A stretch of 64,000 nucleotides of DNA from an uncultured Candidatus Saccharibacteria bacterium (GCA_964348935.1 CAYGEJ010000004.1:4538-68537); one strand, 5' to 3'; numbered from the stretch's first letter, positions 1-9,403 are shown. Notes: generated by a model from the sequence alone, not told the origin. Numbers and translations: made by a program.

Positions 1-416
1 ATTTTATTTATTTTTGTCCTTCTACTACTAGGATCCGGTTCTAACTGCATATAAAAATTACTCCCATCAGGATAAAAAGCAACTTTATCCCATTTACCAA
101 AGATAATACTATTATTGGTGTCCAATGCAGGCATCTGCAAAACCAGCGTATCCGCACCGGTGTTATATGTTATACCATTTACACTGGCACTAGAATAGAC
201 TCGATAGGATTGAGAAACATAACTTTGGATGTTGGATATCGCTGTTCTATTGGCAGAAGACACTCTAATAAATGCCTGTTGGTAACTATAAACCTTGCCA
301 TGCCAGTCATAAATATTAAACAGTACCACCAATAAAATTCCAGCAAAAAAAAGCACAATTAGTATTTCAATTATGGTAAATCCTTGATTATTTTTATTAC
401 TTTTGCTGTTTTTCAT
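1..416 (-). CDS. Type IV pilin-like protein, 3' end truncated by window edge. Start ATG at 416..414.
   Basis: N-terminus MKNSKSNKNNQGFTIIEILIVLFFAGILLVV has the class III signal and G|FTIIE prepilin cleavage motif plus a hydrophobic helix. Read off the minus strand, no internal stops to position 1. Confidence 0.6.
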   Translation of the reverse strand, partial: MKNSKSNKNNQGFTIIEILIVLFFAGILLVVLFNIYDWHGKVYSYQQAFIRVSSANRTAISNIQSYVSQSYRVYSSASVNGITYNTGADTLVLQMPALDTNNSIIFGKWDKVAFYPDGSNFYMQLEPDPSSRRTKINK

Positions 417-419
417 ATC

Positions 420-836
420 TTATAGGCCATACTTATTTACAAGTGTACTAAAAGTTACACTATGAAGATTTCTTGCACCGGGTTCCTCCCAAGTTACCGT
501 TACAGTTACTTGTTTGGTGTCAGCATTATAATCACTAGTTACAAGGTTGGCCGTAGCACCTGGTAAATTTCCAAGCAATACATGCGTAAAACTACCACTT
601 GCAGGCATTCCAGCATATCCCAAATTACGCAAATCTTCCATTTCACTTACTGCAATATAATGTGCTAAATCACTATCTTTTGAGTTCCGGTTAAGAAATA
701 CAGTATTGGAGGCAGCTCCATAAATTAACAAAACCGCCGATATTATGAATAACGTAATAGGTACTTCTAAAATACTAAAACCAAATTTTTTTGCTTGTAT
801 TTTCTTAGGCATTTTTATTTCAAACGCAATTTTCAA
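420..836 (-). CDS. Type IV pilin / pseudopilin-like protein
   Basis: KKFGFSILEVPITLFIISAVLLI shows a G|FS-ILE prepilin N-methylation motif followed by a hydrophobic helix. Confidence 0.65.
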   Translation of the reverse strand: MKIAFEIKMPKKIQAKKFGFSILEVPITLFIISAVLLIYGAASNTVFLNRNSKDSDLAHYIAVSEMEDLRNLGYAGMPASGSFTHVLLGNLPGATANLVTSDYNADTKQVTVTVTWEEPGARNLHSVTFSTLVNKYGL

Positions 837-865
837 TAATTTATTATACCATTTTTACAAGAAAA

Positions 866-896
866 ATAAAAAGACCCGCAATTACGGGTCTTTTAA
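866..896. terminator. Bidirectional intrinsic terminator hairpin (AGACCCG ... CGGGTCT) with flanking A/T tracts
   Basis: Inverted repeat seen directly between the convergent ends of the 420..836 and 905..1129 neighbourhoods. Confidence 0.5.
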
Positions 897-904
897 AATT
901 CTAA

Positions 905-1129
905 CTACTCAAGTGCTCCCTTACGAAATTCTGCTAGTGCTTCATATAGTTTCTTTAAATCAGAATTCTCGGCTTGTTCGACTGGGAGGAATGGTCGCGT
1001 ATCAATTTTTACAACATCTTTATTTTTAACCTTTTCACCATTTTGTTGCCTATTAACTTCAAAACGGAGTGCTGACACATCTTCAGTAATCCCATTATTT
1101 GAGACCTCGGGGTTAAAACCTTTTCTCAT
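905..1129 (-). CDS. Hypothetical small protein (74 aa)
   Basis: ORF followed by the terminator hairpin on its 3' side. No recognisable motif. Confidence 0.35.
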   Translation of the reverse strand: MRKGFNPEVSNNGITEDVSALRFEVNRQQNGEKVKNKDVVKIDTRPFLPVEQAENSDLKKLYEALAEFRKGALE

Positions 1130-1204
1130 ATATTTTTTAAATTAAAAACACAATTATTCTACTTAACTTAATTATACCATAACAATTTATAAGTCTAGTT
1201 CAAA

Positions 1205-1471
1205 TTAACCATTTTTTAAAGGTACAAAATCTTCCGTGAGTTCTAAGATTTCAATATTCTCCACCTTTGCACCTACTGGTCCCTGCTTAGCCCACTCCAC
1301 CAAAATATTTAGTTTACCCTCTTCACCTTCTGCGTGAATTGAAACAGAACCTTCAGGTAAATTTTCAGCTTTGCCGATTAAACCCAAATCTACAAATTTC
1401 TCGTAAGTGCAAAAACGAAAACCAACCCCTTGGACTTTACCTGAAATTTTAATACTAATATGCTTCTTCAT
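1205..1471 (-). CDS. acyP: Acylphosphatase
   Basis: 88 aa with the signature ISGKVQGVGFR and overall acylphosphatase length and pattern. Confidence 0.85.
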   Translation of the reverse strand: MKKHISIKISGKVQGVGFRFCTYEKFVDLGLIGKAENLPEGSVSIHAEGEEGKLNILVEWAKQGPVGAKVENIEILELTEDFVPLKNG

Positions 1472-1494
1472 TTAATATATCCTTACTAACTTAC

Positions 1495-1932
1495 TTAGTT
1501 AATTTGATGTTGAGTAAAAGATTGTAAAAATTTAATCCAATTCTCCGGCAGTTTATTTTCAATCGCCCCGGCAATAACTTTTTTTAAGTAACCTTCCTTT
1601 ATGTGCTGTCCCCCAAAAAAATGAGGCATTTCAATATATACCCAGGCTTTCACAGCCTCACCGTCACTATTAATAACTTCTATTTCTACTCGATGAAAAA
1701 CTTCCGGTACACCTTCAAATTCATCTAAAATACTCATACAATGTTCGTCTAAGTCGTAAAGCACACCATAAACCTGACTGTTACTTGCCGGGATAATATT
1801 AGCATAACCTCTAGAATCCGGCCCAAATTTATAGCTTAAAAGCTTGGCCATACCCAAAAGCTGGAAATGCCAACCGCATAGCCTTCTCATATGCTCCAAA
1901 TTCATATTTGAACCGTAAGCGAAATAATGCAT
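1495..1932 (-). CDS. Gamma-glutamyl cyclotransferase-like (AIG2/GGCT family) protein
   Basis: N-terminal YFAYGSNM motif typical of GGCT/AIG2-like proteins. About 145 aa. Confidence 0.7.
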   Translation of the reverse strand: MHYFAYGSNMNLEHMRRLCGWHFQLLGMAKLLSYKFGPDSRGYANIIPASNSQVYGVLYDLDEHCMSILDEFEGVPEVFHRVEIEVINSDGEAVKAWVYIEMPHFFGGQHIKEGYLKKVIAGAIENKLPENWIKFLQSFTQHQIN

Positions 1933-1984
1933 ATAAAAACCTCTATTCTCTATTATAGTTCAAAAAGAACAGCTCCGCAATATA

Positions 1985-3667
1985 TTACAATGTCCTTTTA
2001 ATATGTGCCATAGCATAGGACAAACTACCCCCCACTTTCTTACCGGGATTAAAAATATTTTGGGGGTCAAAAATCTGCTTAACTTCCGCAAACAACTTAG
2101 TTATATCTGGGCCAAACATTTTTTCCAAATAAGGCGAGCGAATAATCCCGTCATTATGCTCAGCGGTTATACTACCCTTATATTTGAGCACCAAGTCATA
2201 AACCTCATCAGCCAGTTTAGGAATAATTTCCCGTTGGTCCGGCTTAGTTAAATCCATAAGCGGAATTATATGAAAATTTGCGTCCCCCGCGTGGCCGGCA
2301 ATTGTATAAATTAAAGATGGATATTTATTTAATATGGTGTTGAGCTCAGGCAAGAATTGCGGTAACTCTTTTGGGTGCACCACAATATCGTCTATAAATG
2401 GAGCGGTAGACAGTCCGTGGGTATGCTGTCTTAGCAGGCTAAAACTCTCACGCCTGACAGTCCAATACTTCTGAGCCTCTTGGGCGTTTTTGGTAATATG
2501 GGTTTTAAGCTTAAATTTTGCCTGAACTTCCTTTTCTGCCATTAAGATTTTTTGATATATTTCCACTTCCGTATCACCAGTAAATTCCGCGATCAATATA
2601 AGCTTGGGTACTCCGCCGGTCAAAGTCATCCACAATTCTGGTAAGAATTGCAAACCTAGAAAAATTAAATTTCCTTTCATCCGCTTTAACATATCTGGAA
2701 AAAACTTCATTGCCAGCTTAAAAGTATGATCGTCAAAACTTTCAAAACTTTCCGGTTTATAACTCACTACTGTACTCACCACATCACCCAAATTTTTCAA
2801 ATCTTTAAGAAAAATTACCAACAGCTCACTTTTGGGTTTAGGCCTGACTAATTTAAATTTAATTTTAGTTATTAGTCCCAAGGTTCCTTGCGAACCGGTA
2901 ATTAACTTTGCCAAATTAAATTTGGATTTATTCCAAACTTCCCAAAGTAAATACCCAGCCGAGTTTTTACTAGTGGTTGGCTTAGCTAGTTGAATTCTCT
3001 CATAATTATCCTTAATTAACCGAAAGGTCTTGCGGTAGATATCGCCTTCAAAAGTAGATAATTTTAATTTCTGTTCCAGTTGTTTTTCATCCAGCTCTCC
3101 AAATACACAAGACTCACCGTTGGACATTACCATAGTCACTTCATCCACATAATCCTTGGTCTGCCCATAAGACAACGACTTTTCACCAGCTGAGTTATTC
3201 GCCACCATTCCGCCAACTGTATTTAAACTTTTAGAAGCGGTGTAGCACGGTAATAACAAATTTTGTTCTAAAGTTTTTTGTTCAAAATCGCGATAAAAAA
3301 CACCTGGCTCCACCACAGCAAACCCGGCAGTAGTGCTGCGCCCTACTGGTTGTAAACTGCTAACCGACAAAATATGGTGAAAATGCGAAGTGAAATCCGC
3401 AATTATACTTTCCCCCAATGCTCCGCCAGACATATCCGTCCCGGCGCTTCTGGCAGTTATGCAAAGCTCGGAATAGTTTTTCTTATTTTGGTTTACAAAT
3501 TTTACCAGAGTCTCTACATCTTTTTGGTCTTTAGGGTTAACAACGCACGCCGGTTTAATTTCAAAAATACTAGCGTCACGACTGTATTTCACCAAAGTCT
3601 CATCGTCAATTCTAACCTCGCCTTTAAACCCGCTACTATTTTTTAGCAACTCAAATAATTTATTCAT
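1985..3667 (-). CDS. FAD-linked oxidase (GlcD / D-lactate dehydrogenase-like FAD-binding dehydrogenase)
   Basis: 560 aa with an FAD-binding PCMH-type N-terminal region (VVNPKDQKDVETLVKFVNQ..., SAGTDMSGGALG) and a C-terminal FAD-oxidase domain. Confidence 0.75.
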   Translation of the reverse strand: MNKLFELLKNSSGFKGEVRIDDETLVKYSRDASIFEIKPACVVNPKDQKDVETLVKFVNQNKKNYSELCITARSAGTDMSGGALGESIIADFTSHFHHILSVSSLQPVGRSTTAGFAVVEPGVFYRDFEQKTLEQNLLLPCYTASKSLNTVGGMVANNSAGEKSLSYGQTKDYVDEVTMVMSNGESCVFGELDEKQLEQKLKLSTFEGDIYRKTFRLIKDNYERIQLAKPTTSKNSAGYLLWEVWNKSKFNLAKLITGSQGTLGLITKIKFKLVRPKPKSELLVIFLKDLKNLGDVVSTVVSYKPESFESFDDHTFKLAMKFFPDMLKRMKGNLIFLGLQFLPELWMTLTGGVPKLILIAEFTGDTEVEIYQKILMAEKEVQAKFKLKTHITKNAQEAQKYWTVRRESFSLLRQHTHGLSTAPFIDDIVVHPKELPQFLPELNTILNKYPSLIYTIAGHAGDANFHIIPLMDLTKPDQREIIPKLADEVYDLVLKYKGSITAEHNDGIIRSPYLEKMFGPDITKLFAEVKQIFDPQNIFNPGKKVGGSLSYAMAHIKRTL

Positions 3668-3774
3668 TTATTTTTATTTCAATTACCTTGAATTTATTTT
3701 ATTATAGCACTATATTTGCTTAAATTAAATTTTTTGATATACTTTCAATCAAGCTACCTACAAGGAGGCGCTTA

Positions 3775-3975
3775 ATGAATTACGCGATACTTTTCGCCAA
3801 ATGGATGCTGGGTGCAATGTTATTTCTCTGTTCTTTTTTTGAGCTCCGTGGTTTCTACCACCTATGCTCACGCCATACATTCAAACACTTCCACAACGGA
3901 TATTTTGTTTGCCTAGTTCTAATAGCACTTGGCTATTGGCTAATTAAACATTTAGACGCGCCAGAACAATCCTAA
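3775..3975 (+). CDS. Small hydrophobic membrane protein (66 aa)
   Basis: Strong RBS AAGGAGG 7 nt upstream of the ATG. Intrinsic terminator immediately downstream (3977..4009). Confidence 0.5.
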   Translation: MNYAILFAKWMLGAMLFLCSFFELRGFYHLCSRHTFKHFHNGYFVCLVLIALGYWLIKHLDAPEQS

Positions 3976-3976
3976 T

Positions 3977-4009
3977 GCCACGCAAACCTCCCCCACGCGT
4001 GGCTTTTTT
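3977..4009 (+). terminator. Intrinsic terminator (GCCACGC ... GCGTGGC + TTTTTT)
   Basis: GC hairpin followed by a T-tract directly after the stop of 3775..3975. Confidence 0.6.
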
Positions 4010-4727
4010 ATTTATAATCTAGCAAGTTAAAATCTTTAACTTCAAAAATTACATTCTTTCGCTCAACAACTATTTTCCAACCATTTTTTTTAGCTACTCT
4101 TGTAAGTTGTAAATTAGGATTAAATGCAAGCGGTTTGCCAACTAAAGACAGCATAGCTACGTCACTTTCCGTATCCCCCACAGCAATAGAATTTTTTAAA
4201 TCCACATTCAATTCTGTCGCCAAACTTTTTACAATTTTGCTTTTATGAAAAGCTGAATCTAAACTTACTGCCTTGCCTGTAAACTTTTCATTTATTACTT
4301 CTAGTTCTGTACCAAAACATAAATCAAACCCAATAGTTTTGGCGTAAGAAGAAACTATGTAAGACGGTGAACCAGAAATAGCTACTAAATAAAAACCCTG
4401 CTTTTTGAATTTTTTTATTAAGTCTCTAGTAAACCTATATACCCTATCTTTTTGGTAATTAATAACTAAATCTGCAACCTTCTTAACTAAAGTATAGCGC
4501 TTGCCAGTTATATGCTTTACGTAAATTTTTACTACTTTGTCTATGTAGGCTTCGTAGCTTCCTTTACGGTCTAACCATGCTAAATATTCTTTTTCTATTT
4601 CTTTTTTGGCTACTTGTGGAAAAATCCCAGCTTCTACCAAGGCATGACTAAGCTCAATAACCAAAGACGAACGAAATATTGTTCCGTCTATGTCAAAAAT
4701 TGCTAATTTTTTTAATTGGTTATTCAT
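4008..4727 (-). CDS. HAD superfamily hydrolase (HAD-IB / phosphoserine-phosphatase-like)
   Basis: FDIDGT motif I near the N-terminus and a GDTESD-type motif IV (AVGDTESDVAML). Confidence 0.75.
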   Translation of the reverse strand: MNNQLKKLAIFDIDGTIFRSSLVIELSHALVEAGIFPQVAKKEIEKEYLAWLDRKGSYEAYIDKVVKIYVKHITGKRYTLVKKVADLVINYQKDRVYRFTRDLIKKFKKQGFYLVAISGSPSYIVSSYAKTIGFDLCFGTELEVINEKFTGKAVSLDSAFHKSKIVKSLATELNVDLKNSIAVGDTESDVAMLSLVGKPLAFNPNLQLTRVAKKNGWKIVVERKNVIFEVKDFNLLDYK

Positions 4728-4754
4728 AATTCTTTAAGTACATTAATACTAACT

Positions 4755-4805
4755 CTTTTTTTGACAAAAAGAAAACGGGCGCGAAAGGTAATCCTTCCGC
4801 GCCCG
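4755..4805 (-). terminator. Intrinsic terminator for the GC-rich gene 4827..5192 (stem CGGGCGCG / CGCGCCCG)
   Basis: 8-bp GC stem. On the minus strand it is followed by TTTTCTTTTTGTCAAAAAAA. Confidence 0.6.
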
Positions 4806-4826
4806 AAGCAGACAATGTTCATGGGC

Positions 4827-5192
4827 TTATTTGCCCACCTTAGCACGAGCATGGTCGTCGTGTGCCCGCACCCCTTCCCGTACCCGCCTGGAATCCTCGG
4901 ACTCCCATAATTCGCGGGTCGACATACCCGGACTGAGTGGGTAATTTCCGGGATGGTTGAGTTCTGTAGGCTTAAAAACAAGTGCCCCGGCGTAGTACAG
5001 CCCGAAAGTAAGAACTCCCCACATTGGAACGAGGGAAAGTGGCCAGAACTTCTGAACAGGGTCTGGCACGCCCGACTGTTTCAGCCACTGGACAATTGAC
5101 GCCGGCTGGGTTACCAGCAAAGCGACGATAATCACCCAAAGCACAGAGCCGACAAAAATCAGTCGACCCAAGGTCAAACGGGGTAAATACAT
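4827..5192 (-). CDS. Hypothetical membrane protein encoded in a GC-rich islet (about 121 aa, start MYLPRL...)
   Basis: RBS GGAGGAG immediately upstream of ATG at 5192. Two or three predicted TM helices. Terminator downstream. GC content markedly above the surroundings. Confidence 0.5.
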   Translation of the reverse strand: MYLPRLTLGRLIFVGSVLWVIIVALLVTQPASIVQWLKQSGVPDPVQKFWPLSLVPMWGVLTFGLYYAGALVFKPTELNHPGNYPLSPGMSTRELWESEDSRRVREGVRAHDDHARAKVGK

Positions 5193-5295
5193 AGCTCCTC
5201 CATCTATAACCACACAGCCGCATGTAAGATTTACGACTGTAATTAAAAATTTTACAGCAAAATTGCAAGCACGTCAATAAGGAAAAATTTACCAT

Positions 5296-5324
5296 TTGAC
5301 AACTTCTTAAAGCAGTAATACAAT
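5296..5324 (+). promoter_or_regulatory. Perfect sigma70 consensus promoter TTGACA-17 nt-TACAAT
   Basis: TTGACA at 5296-5301, a 17-nt spacer, TACAAT at 5319-5324. It drives rightward into an ORF-poor GC-rich segment. Confidence 0.55.
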
Positions 5325-5330
5325 TCAAAA

Positions 5331-5813
5331 ATCCCGTCACCTGTAGTGGGTTTTAAGTTCACTTGTTGATATGCAAGTGGATTACCTGTGCAAGGAATGG
5401 GTCTGGAGAAGACAACATGAACGTCAACCCCAACGGCGCCGGCTTAGTCGGCGTCACCTGCATCACTCCCGGCGCCACCAACCTCAACTAGCCAAATTTC
5501 GGCAAAGTGAAGGTTGAACCTTCGACAGCTAGTCATGCGAAGGTGGCTATTCAGACGTTCGGCTAGGAACATCCACACCATAAGGAGGCCTACTTGATTC
5601 CACCCTGGAACAAAGTTGTATAGGGCGATGTATCTTGCCCTATCGCTAAATCTGGATTCGGATAAAAACAATAGGCCTAAGCTTTCCTGCAATAAAGCCT
5701 ATCCGTGCTTGGTCAATTTGTGTATTTCCACCGCTTACGCCAACCGCACACCATCCACTCCAGAACTTCACTCTTGGGGGCGATTGTTTCCACATCGCCC
5801 CTACCCCTTTTTT
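5331..5813 (+). ncRNA. Candidate structured non-coding RNA of about 480 nt, family unidentified. Bounded by the consensus promoter and an intrinsic terminator.
   Basis: GC-rich and ORF-poor segment. It contains only a 24-codon ORF (5417..5491, MNVNPNGAGLVGVTCITPGATNLN) with a GGAGAAG RBS. It ends with GGGGCGAT...ATCGCCCC + TTTTTT at 5776..5813. Confidence 0.3.
5776..5813 (+). terminator. Intrinsic terminator (GGGGCGAT ... ATCGCCCC, then TACCCC TTTTTT)
   Basis: Seen directly. Closes the putative ncRNA unit. Confidence 0.55.
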
Positions 5814-5922
5814 AAACAACTCGCCTTAAGGCATTTTTTATTTACCCTTTTCACTTTTTACTTTCCTGTAAATATAAAATACTTTATACTTACCCTATTG
5901 CCTAATTACTATTTACTATAAA

Positions 5923-6624
5923 ATGATTAAACTTATTGCCTTTGACTACAACGGCACACTACTTTCCGACACTGCTATAGTTTTAAAAGCGGAAAATATC
6001 GCCTTAACATCTGTAGGCCTTAAGCCAATTACACTTAAGCACTTTCAGGAAACTTTCCAAATTCCCATTATAAAATATTGGGAGAATTTAAATATTCCTG
6101 AAAGCTTTGTTAAAAAACATTTTCAAACCATAGAAGACACTTTTCACTTAAATTACGAAAAACTTGTTAACACCAGTCGAACCAGAGCTGGAAGCAAAGA
6201 AGTCTTAACTTGGCTGAATACAAACCAAATTCAAGCGGTAATATATAGCAATCACCCAACGTACCGAATTAAAGAGCAACTAGTTAGACTTAAAATGTTG
6301 GAGAAATTTAATGCTATTTTAGGTCGCGAAACTACGGACGATTTCACTCACATGCTAGAACGAGGTAAAGAAAAAAAACTGGCTGAATATATAAAAAAGC
6401 ATAAGTTTAAACCGCACGAAGTAATATCTATTGGCGACACCGAGGAAGAAATAGAAGTAGGAAAGAAATTTGGATTTTATACAGTTGGAATAACCGGTGG
6501 ATACAACTCTGCAAAGAGACTTAAAAAACACCAACCAAATTTTTTAATCCATAATATGTTGGAATTAAAAAATATTATTAAAAGAATTTCCGCCAAAGGC
6601 GGATCCGCCTTTGGCGAAAAATAA
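5923..6624 (+). CDS. HAD superfamily hydrolase (phosphatase)
   Basis: LIAFDYNGTLL motif I, a conserved GDTEEE motif, and 233 aa length. Confidence 0.7.
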   Translation: MIKLIAFDYNGTLLSDTAIVLKAENIALTSVGLKPITLKHFQETFQIPIIKYWENLNIPESFVKKHFQTIEDTFHLNYEKLVNTSRTRAGSKEVLTWLNTNQIQAVIYSNHPTYRIKEQLVRLKMLEKFNAILGRETTDDFTHMLERGKEKKLAEYIKKHKFKPHEVISIGDTEEEIEVGKKFGFYTVGITGGYNSAKRLKKHQPNFLIHNMLELKNIIKRISAKGGSAFGEK

Positions 6625-6629
6625 TAAGT

Positions 6630-6899
6630 ATGAACGAATTGAGTTCACAACCAGAAATAAATAATCGAGAAAAGCATTTTACAATTCAAGAAGGCTTAAA
6701 CGGCGAGACTTTACCAGTATTAGAATCTTTATCTGCGGACGGAAAAAATTATTCCGCAACTATTCAAAAAAATGGTCGACAATATACCGGAACAGGACCT
6801 CTAAATGAACATCGAGGAACAGCTGTATTAGATGCTCTCATACAATTACACAAAGACCCAAAAGAAAAAGACCTTTGGACAGTAAAATGGGATATTTAA
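6630..6899 (+). CDS. Hypothetical protein (89 aa)
   Basis: ORF tightly following the HAD gene, then the terminator at 6906..6932. Confidence 0.45.
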   Translation: MNELSSQPEINNREKHFTIQEGLNGETLPVLESLSADGKNYSATIQKNGRQYTGTGPLNEHRGTAVLDALIQLHKDPKEKDLWTVKWDI

Positions 6900-6905
6900 T
6901 TCCTT

Positions 6906-6932
6906 ACCCCGCTATGGCGGGGGTTTTATTTT
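6906..6932 (+). terminator. Intrinsic terminator (CCCCGC ... GCGGGGG + TTTTATTTT)
   Basis: Seen directly after the stop of 6630..6899. Confidence 0.6.
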
Positions 6933-7153
6933 CCTACGACCTAAACTTCACGATTTTTTAATTAAACTATAATTGTTCTTCAACAGGTTCCGGACGAGAC
7001 TATAAGTCTTCAAAAATTGTGGATACTAGAACTATCAAAACATCAAAATCTTCATTTTTTGACGCTCATGTTCATAATTCTCTAAAAAAATTACAACAAA
7101 ATATTCAAACTACTAAAAGAGTTAAATCTATTGGTTATATCTGCTAACTTTTA

Positions 7154-8062
7154 TTAACCTTGAAAAGCATTTTGTAACTCTTTTAAATTAAACTTTTTCA
7201 TTTTTAAAAATGCTTTAGTTACCCTGTCTATTTGCTCAGGGGTTCCAGTAGACATTATTCTACCCATTAACGCTGGCCAAACTTGCCAAGATACTCCAAA
7301 CTTGTCTTTTAGCCAACCACATTGTTCCGCATTAGGGTCTGCCGACATTTTATCCCAATAATAATCTATTTCTTCTTGTGTCTCGCATGGAATTATTAAA
7401 GACACGGCTTCGTTAAAAACAAAGTTATGCGGGCCTGCGCTGTCCATACAAGCAAGCCAAGTGTCTAAAATGCTAAAGTCGGCAAACATTAAACTATTTT
7501 CTTTGTTTGGATCCATCCCCTTTCCATAACGTGCTAGCGTTCCAATTTTACCACCTTTAAAAACCGAGGTATAAAAATTCAATGCTTCTTCTGCTCTTCC
7601 TGCCATCTCCTGTGTATACATTAAACTTGGAATTATAAATGGTCGCGACTCACCACCTGGATTAGTTAACATTAACTGCCAACTTACCCCATATTTATCT
7701 TGTACCCAACCATACTTTTCTGAAAATGGATACTGACTCAAAGGCATTAAAGCACTTCCACCCTCTACTAACTTATTCCACATCGTTTCCAAATTTACTT
7801 TGGCATTATTGTCTTGTGATGGATCAAAATTTACAAAAAAGGAAATAGAAGGGTTTATTTTAAAAACTGGTCCGGCATTAATTGCCATAAATTGCAGTCC
7901 ACCCAACACAAAAGAGACTATATCGCTATTACCTGAGTCACTAGGCACTCCGTGTAAAGTATTTTTATACTCAATTTTAGAACTAGGAAAAATAGATAAA
8001 TAAAAATCTACCGCTTCTAAAGCTTCCTTGTCAAACCATAAATGAGGAATAATTTTAGACAT
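7154..8062 (-). CDS. Tandem two-domain PhnB-like / 3-demethylubiquinone-9 3-methyltransferase-like (VOC/glyoxalase fold) protein
   Basis: Two repeats of the HLWFD...A..FY type motif (IPHLWFDKEALEAVDFY and FIIPSLMYTQEMAGRAEEALNFY). 302 aa. Confidence 0.7.
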   Translation of the reverse strand: MSKIIPHLWFDKEALEAVDFYLSIFPSSKIEYKNTLHGVPSDSGNSDIVSFVLGGLQFMAINAGPVFKINPSISFFVNFDPSQDNNAKVNLETMWNKLVEGGSALMPLSQYPFSEKYGWVQDKYGVSWQLMLTNPGGESRPFIIPSLMYTQEMAGRAEEALNFYTSVFKGGKIGTLARYGKGMDPNKENSLMFADFSILDTWLACMDSAGPHNFVFNEAVSLIIPCETQEEIDYYWDKMSADPNAEQCGWLKDKFGVSWQVWPALMGRIMSTGTPEQIDRVTKAFLKMKKFNLKELQNAFQG

Positions 8063-8068
8063 AAATAT

Positions 8069-8485
8069 TTATAAACTCTCAGTATACTTTTTAAAGTTAT
8101 CTAAAATACCTTGCCAGCCAGCACGTTGCATTTCTTCTGAGTTTTCATTTTCTGGGTCAAAGGTTTCTACAATTTTTACTCCTTCCGGTTTTATAACAAA
8201 TTCTATTTTTACATGCCTTCTATCTTCCCCGTCCATATCATACTCAATTAGTGAATTTTCTTGTACTGCAGTATATATACCTGCAAAGTCAAAACTAGCA
8301 CTCCCATCTTTTGCCGACATTACGGTTTTAAACCTTCCACCAATTCTTACGTCATTTTCTGCACTCGGCGCCTGCCAAGTATCAGAAGCAAACGCCCAAT
8401 TTACAATATGTTCTGGTTTTGTCCAACACTCCCAGACTTTTTCTATGGGGGCATTAATAACTGCTTCAACACTAATTTTGTTCAT
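8069..8485 (-). CDS. SRPBCC superfamily protein (AHSA1 / activator of Hsp90 ATPase-like, START fold)
   Basis: INAPIEKVWECWTKPEHIVNW pattern typical of AHSA1/polyketide-cyclase-like SRPBCC proteins. 138 aa. Confidence 0.7.
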   Translation of the reverse strand: MNKISVEAVINAPIEKVWECWTKPEHIVNWAFASDTWQAPSAENDVRIGGRFKTVMSAKDGSASFDFAGIYTAVQENSLIEYDMDGEDRRHVKIEFVIKPEGVKIVETFDPENENSEEMQRAGWQGILDNFKKYTESL

Positions 8486-8697
8486 AACAATATATTAATT
8501 TTATATAATAAATTTACCGAAAAATCTTAGTATAGGCTAATATTTTTGGTAAACTTGTAAATATACGGATATAATTTTACAGTGCTTATTTTATAAATTG
8601 CTTCTCGGTATAAAAGCATAACTAGTTTCTGACCATGACTCAGATTGCACTTTGATCTACAAAATTGACCGGTTTAAGATCTCTAAAATATAATTAC

Positions 8698-8855
8698 TTA
8701 TTACAGCTTTTTAATATTCCTACGATACCTCCAATAACAATAATAACTCCGAGCAATTGTGCTCCTGGGCTGTCATCATATCCGCCATAAAAAAATATAA
8801 ATACTCCGAAAAGTACTGCAAAAATTAAAAATGTTATTTTGAGCTTTTTATTCAT
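8698..8855 (-). CDS. Possible small hydrophobic peptide (52 aa) below the ORF-track cutoff
   Basis: MNKKLKITFLIFAVLFGVFIFFYGG...GIVGILKSCNK. No clear RBS. Low confidence. Confidence 0.2.
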
Positions 8856-8959
8856 AATTGTTTGCACTTGATCATTTTAATAACTCAAAAATAATACCAC
8901 TTTCAGACATATTGGAAGACGGTAAAATAAATATTTATGTAATTAATTTCGATTATTAG

Positions 8960-9295
8960 TTAAGATTTTTTTAATTTCCCAACTATATAATAAATAATTG
9001 AGGCGAGTATGGACCAGTAAAAAATAAAATATAACCCAACAAAGGGTGGAGGTGGATCTTCTTGTAAGAAATTTTTTGAAAGTAGTAATGGACCCATTAA
9101 CACAACTTTTATTGGTACTATTATTTTAGAACCAGTAATTTTCCATGCTTCTGGTGAAGCTGTGGTAAGTAATGTATCTGGTTGTTTAGGAAAACCTCTA
9201 GGTCCAGTTGAACCAAACAGTGAAGTGGCAACAAACATAAAAACAAACCCAAAAATAATAAACAAAAATACAAAATTTTTTCTTGATATATTCAT
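8960..9295 (-). CDS. Hypothetical membrane protein
   Basis: N-terminal TM segment and hydrophobic C-terminus. No motif recognised. Confidence 0.45.
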   Translation of the reverse strand: MNISRKNFVFLFIIFGFVFMFVATSLFGSTGPRGFPKQPDTLLTTASPEAWKITGSKIIVPIKVVLMGPLLLSKNFLQEDPPPPFVGLYFIFYWSILASIIYYIVGKLKKS

Positions 9296-9403
9296 ACTAT
9301 AAATTATACCATTTTAGAATAACGACTTACAAATTAAAAGCACCAATTTAAATTGGTGCTTTTAATGTCTCCGCTTAATCGTACGGATTAAATCTCAAAT
9401 ATT

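Noticed and set aside
745-1029. ORF 745..1029 (+) and other short plus-strand ORFs antisense to larger genes (for example 2003..2251, 3374..3646, 19418..19651, 20009..20506, 45026..45526, 60482..60940)
   Set aside because: They lie entirely within longer motif-supported genes on the opposite strand and lack RBS. These are typical shadow ORFs.
4716-5340. ORFs 4716..4910 (+), 4724..4981 (-) and 4972..5340 (-)
   Set aside because: They are alternative frames over the GC-rich islet. Only 4827..5192 (-) has an RBS (GGAGGAG) and a terminator. The 4972..5340 ORF spans the consensus promoter.
5331-5813. Assignment of the putative ncRNA to RNase P RNA, tmRNA, SRP RNA or 6S RNA
   Set aside because: I could not find the P4 GGAAAGUCCGG / ACAGAACCCGGCUUA pair, a tag-peptide ORF ending ALAA plus a tRNA-like 3' end, or the SRP domain IV GGAAGCAGC motif. 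The family is left open, and a covariance-model scan is needed.
5444-5921. ORFs 5444..5692 (-) and 5616..5921 (+)
   Set aside because: The plus ORF reads straight through the intrinsic terminator at 5776-5813 and into the AT-rich promoter region of the next gene. The minus ORF is antisense to a promoter-terminator-defined unit. Both are likely spurious.
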